Source: Nannocystis bainbridge
Lineage (GTDB): Bacteria > Myxococcota_A > Polyangia > Nannocystales > Nannocystaceae
Assembly: GCF_028368995.1 (NCBI RefSeq)
Contig: NZ_JAQNDL010000002.1
Span: 673,724 to 737,723, forward strand
Direction: 5' to 3'
DNA: 64,000 bases
The notes beneath the pieces are model-generated. The model made no database searches and had not been told where the DNA came from. It saw only the letters and a program-made list of their open reading frames with translations. Position numbers and translations under genes: made by a program. Positions 63,893 to 64,000 of the stretch are shown piece after piece. The first letter of the stretch is position 1; each line of letters begins with the position of its first letter.

Positions 63893-64000
63893 ACGCGCAT
63901 GTCCCTACGGACAGCCTCGTCGAGGTGACGCTCGAGCGCGACGGCGTGGCGGTGCTGACGATGCGAGACGCCGCCGGCAAGAACGCGTTCAGCCGGGCCT
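63890..64000 (+). CDS. second enoyl-CoA hydratase family protein (ECH2-like), 5' fragment
   Basis: ATGA overlap with upstream stop; MNAHVPTDSLVEVTLERDGVAVLTMRDAAGKNAFSRA is a typical crotonase N-terminus; runs off window. Confidence 0.45.

Overview
This is a high-GC (about 70%) window that looks myxobacterial (MYXO-CTERM sorting signal, complete gsp-type T2SS, sigma-54 enhancer-binding regulators, class III PHA synthase), and coding density is high on both strands. I called about 50 protein genes and found no rRNA, tRNA or CRISPR.

Main blocks:
- A PHA locus, 3.9-9.2 kb: phaR, acyl-CoA synthetase, phaE-like, class III phaC, and a convergent secreted lipase-like lipoprotein.
- Hydrolases, a 2OG oxygenase, an acyl-CoA dehydrogenase and an orphan DPPY-motif DNA methyltransferase, 9-15.4 kb.
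- A complete type II secretion cluster gspC-D-E-F-G-H-I-J-K-L-M-N, 17.0-31.9 kb, bracketed by two NtrC-type sigma-54 response regulators.
- A large hypothetical protein, 33.7-36.1 kb.
- A minus-strand operon prmA-rsmE-RDD followed by a roughly 1739-aa protein with an N-terminal GspE-N/MshEN-like domain, a long repeat-rich disordered centre and C-terminal HEAT repeats.
- Housekeeping genes: meaB, a MATE exporter, pgi, UDP-glucose pyrophosphorylase and an epimerase.
- At the right edge, a lipid/polyketide-type cluster: alpha-oxoamine synthase, FabD-like AT, FabZ-like DH, KS, KR, HMG-CoA synthase and two enoyl-CoA hydratases (the beta-branching cassette). It continues off the window.

The most unusual signal is a dispersed family of 14-bp-periodic tandem repeats built on the perfect palindrome GGACATGTCC (unit about GACATGTCC-N4-G). 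It sits in arrays of 2-7 units at eight or more intergenic junctions, mostly at gene 3' ends and convergent junctions. Shorter copies lie in-frame inside unrelated coding sequences. The core is stop-free in all six frames, and three units equal 42 nt or 14 codons. I regard this repeat family as the best candidate for something undescribed, followed by the large GspE-N/HEAT protein and the HMGS-containing cluster.
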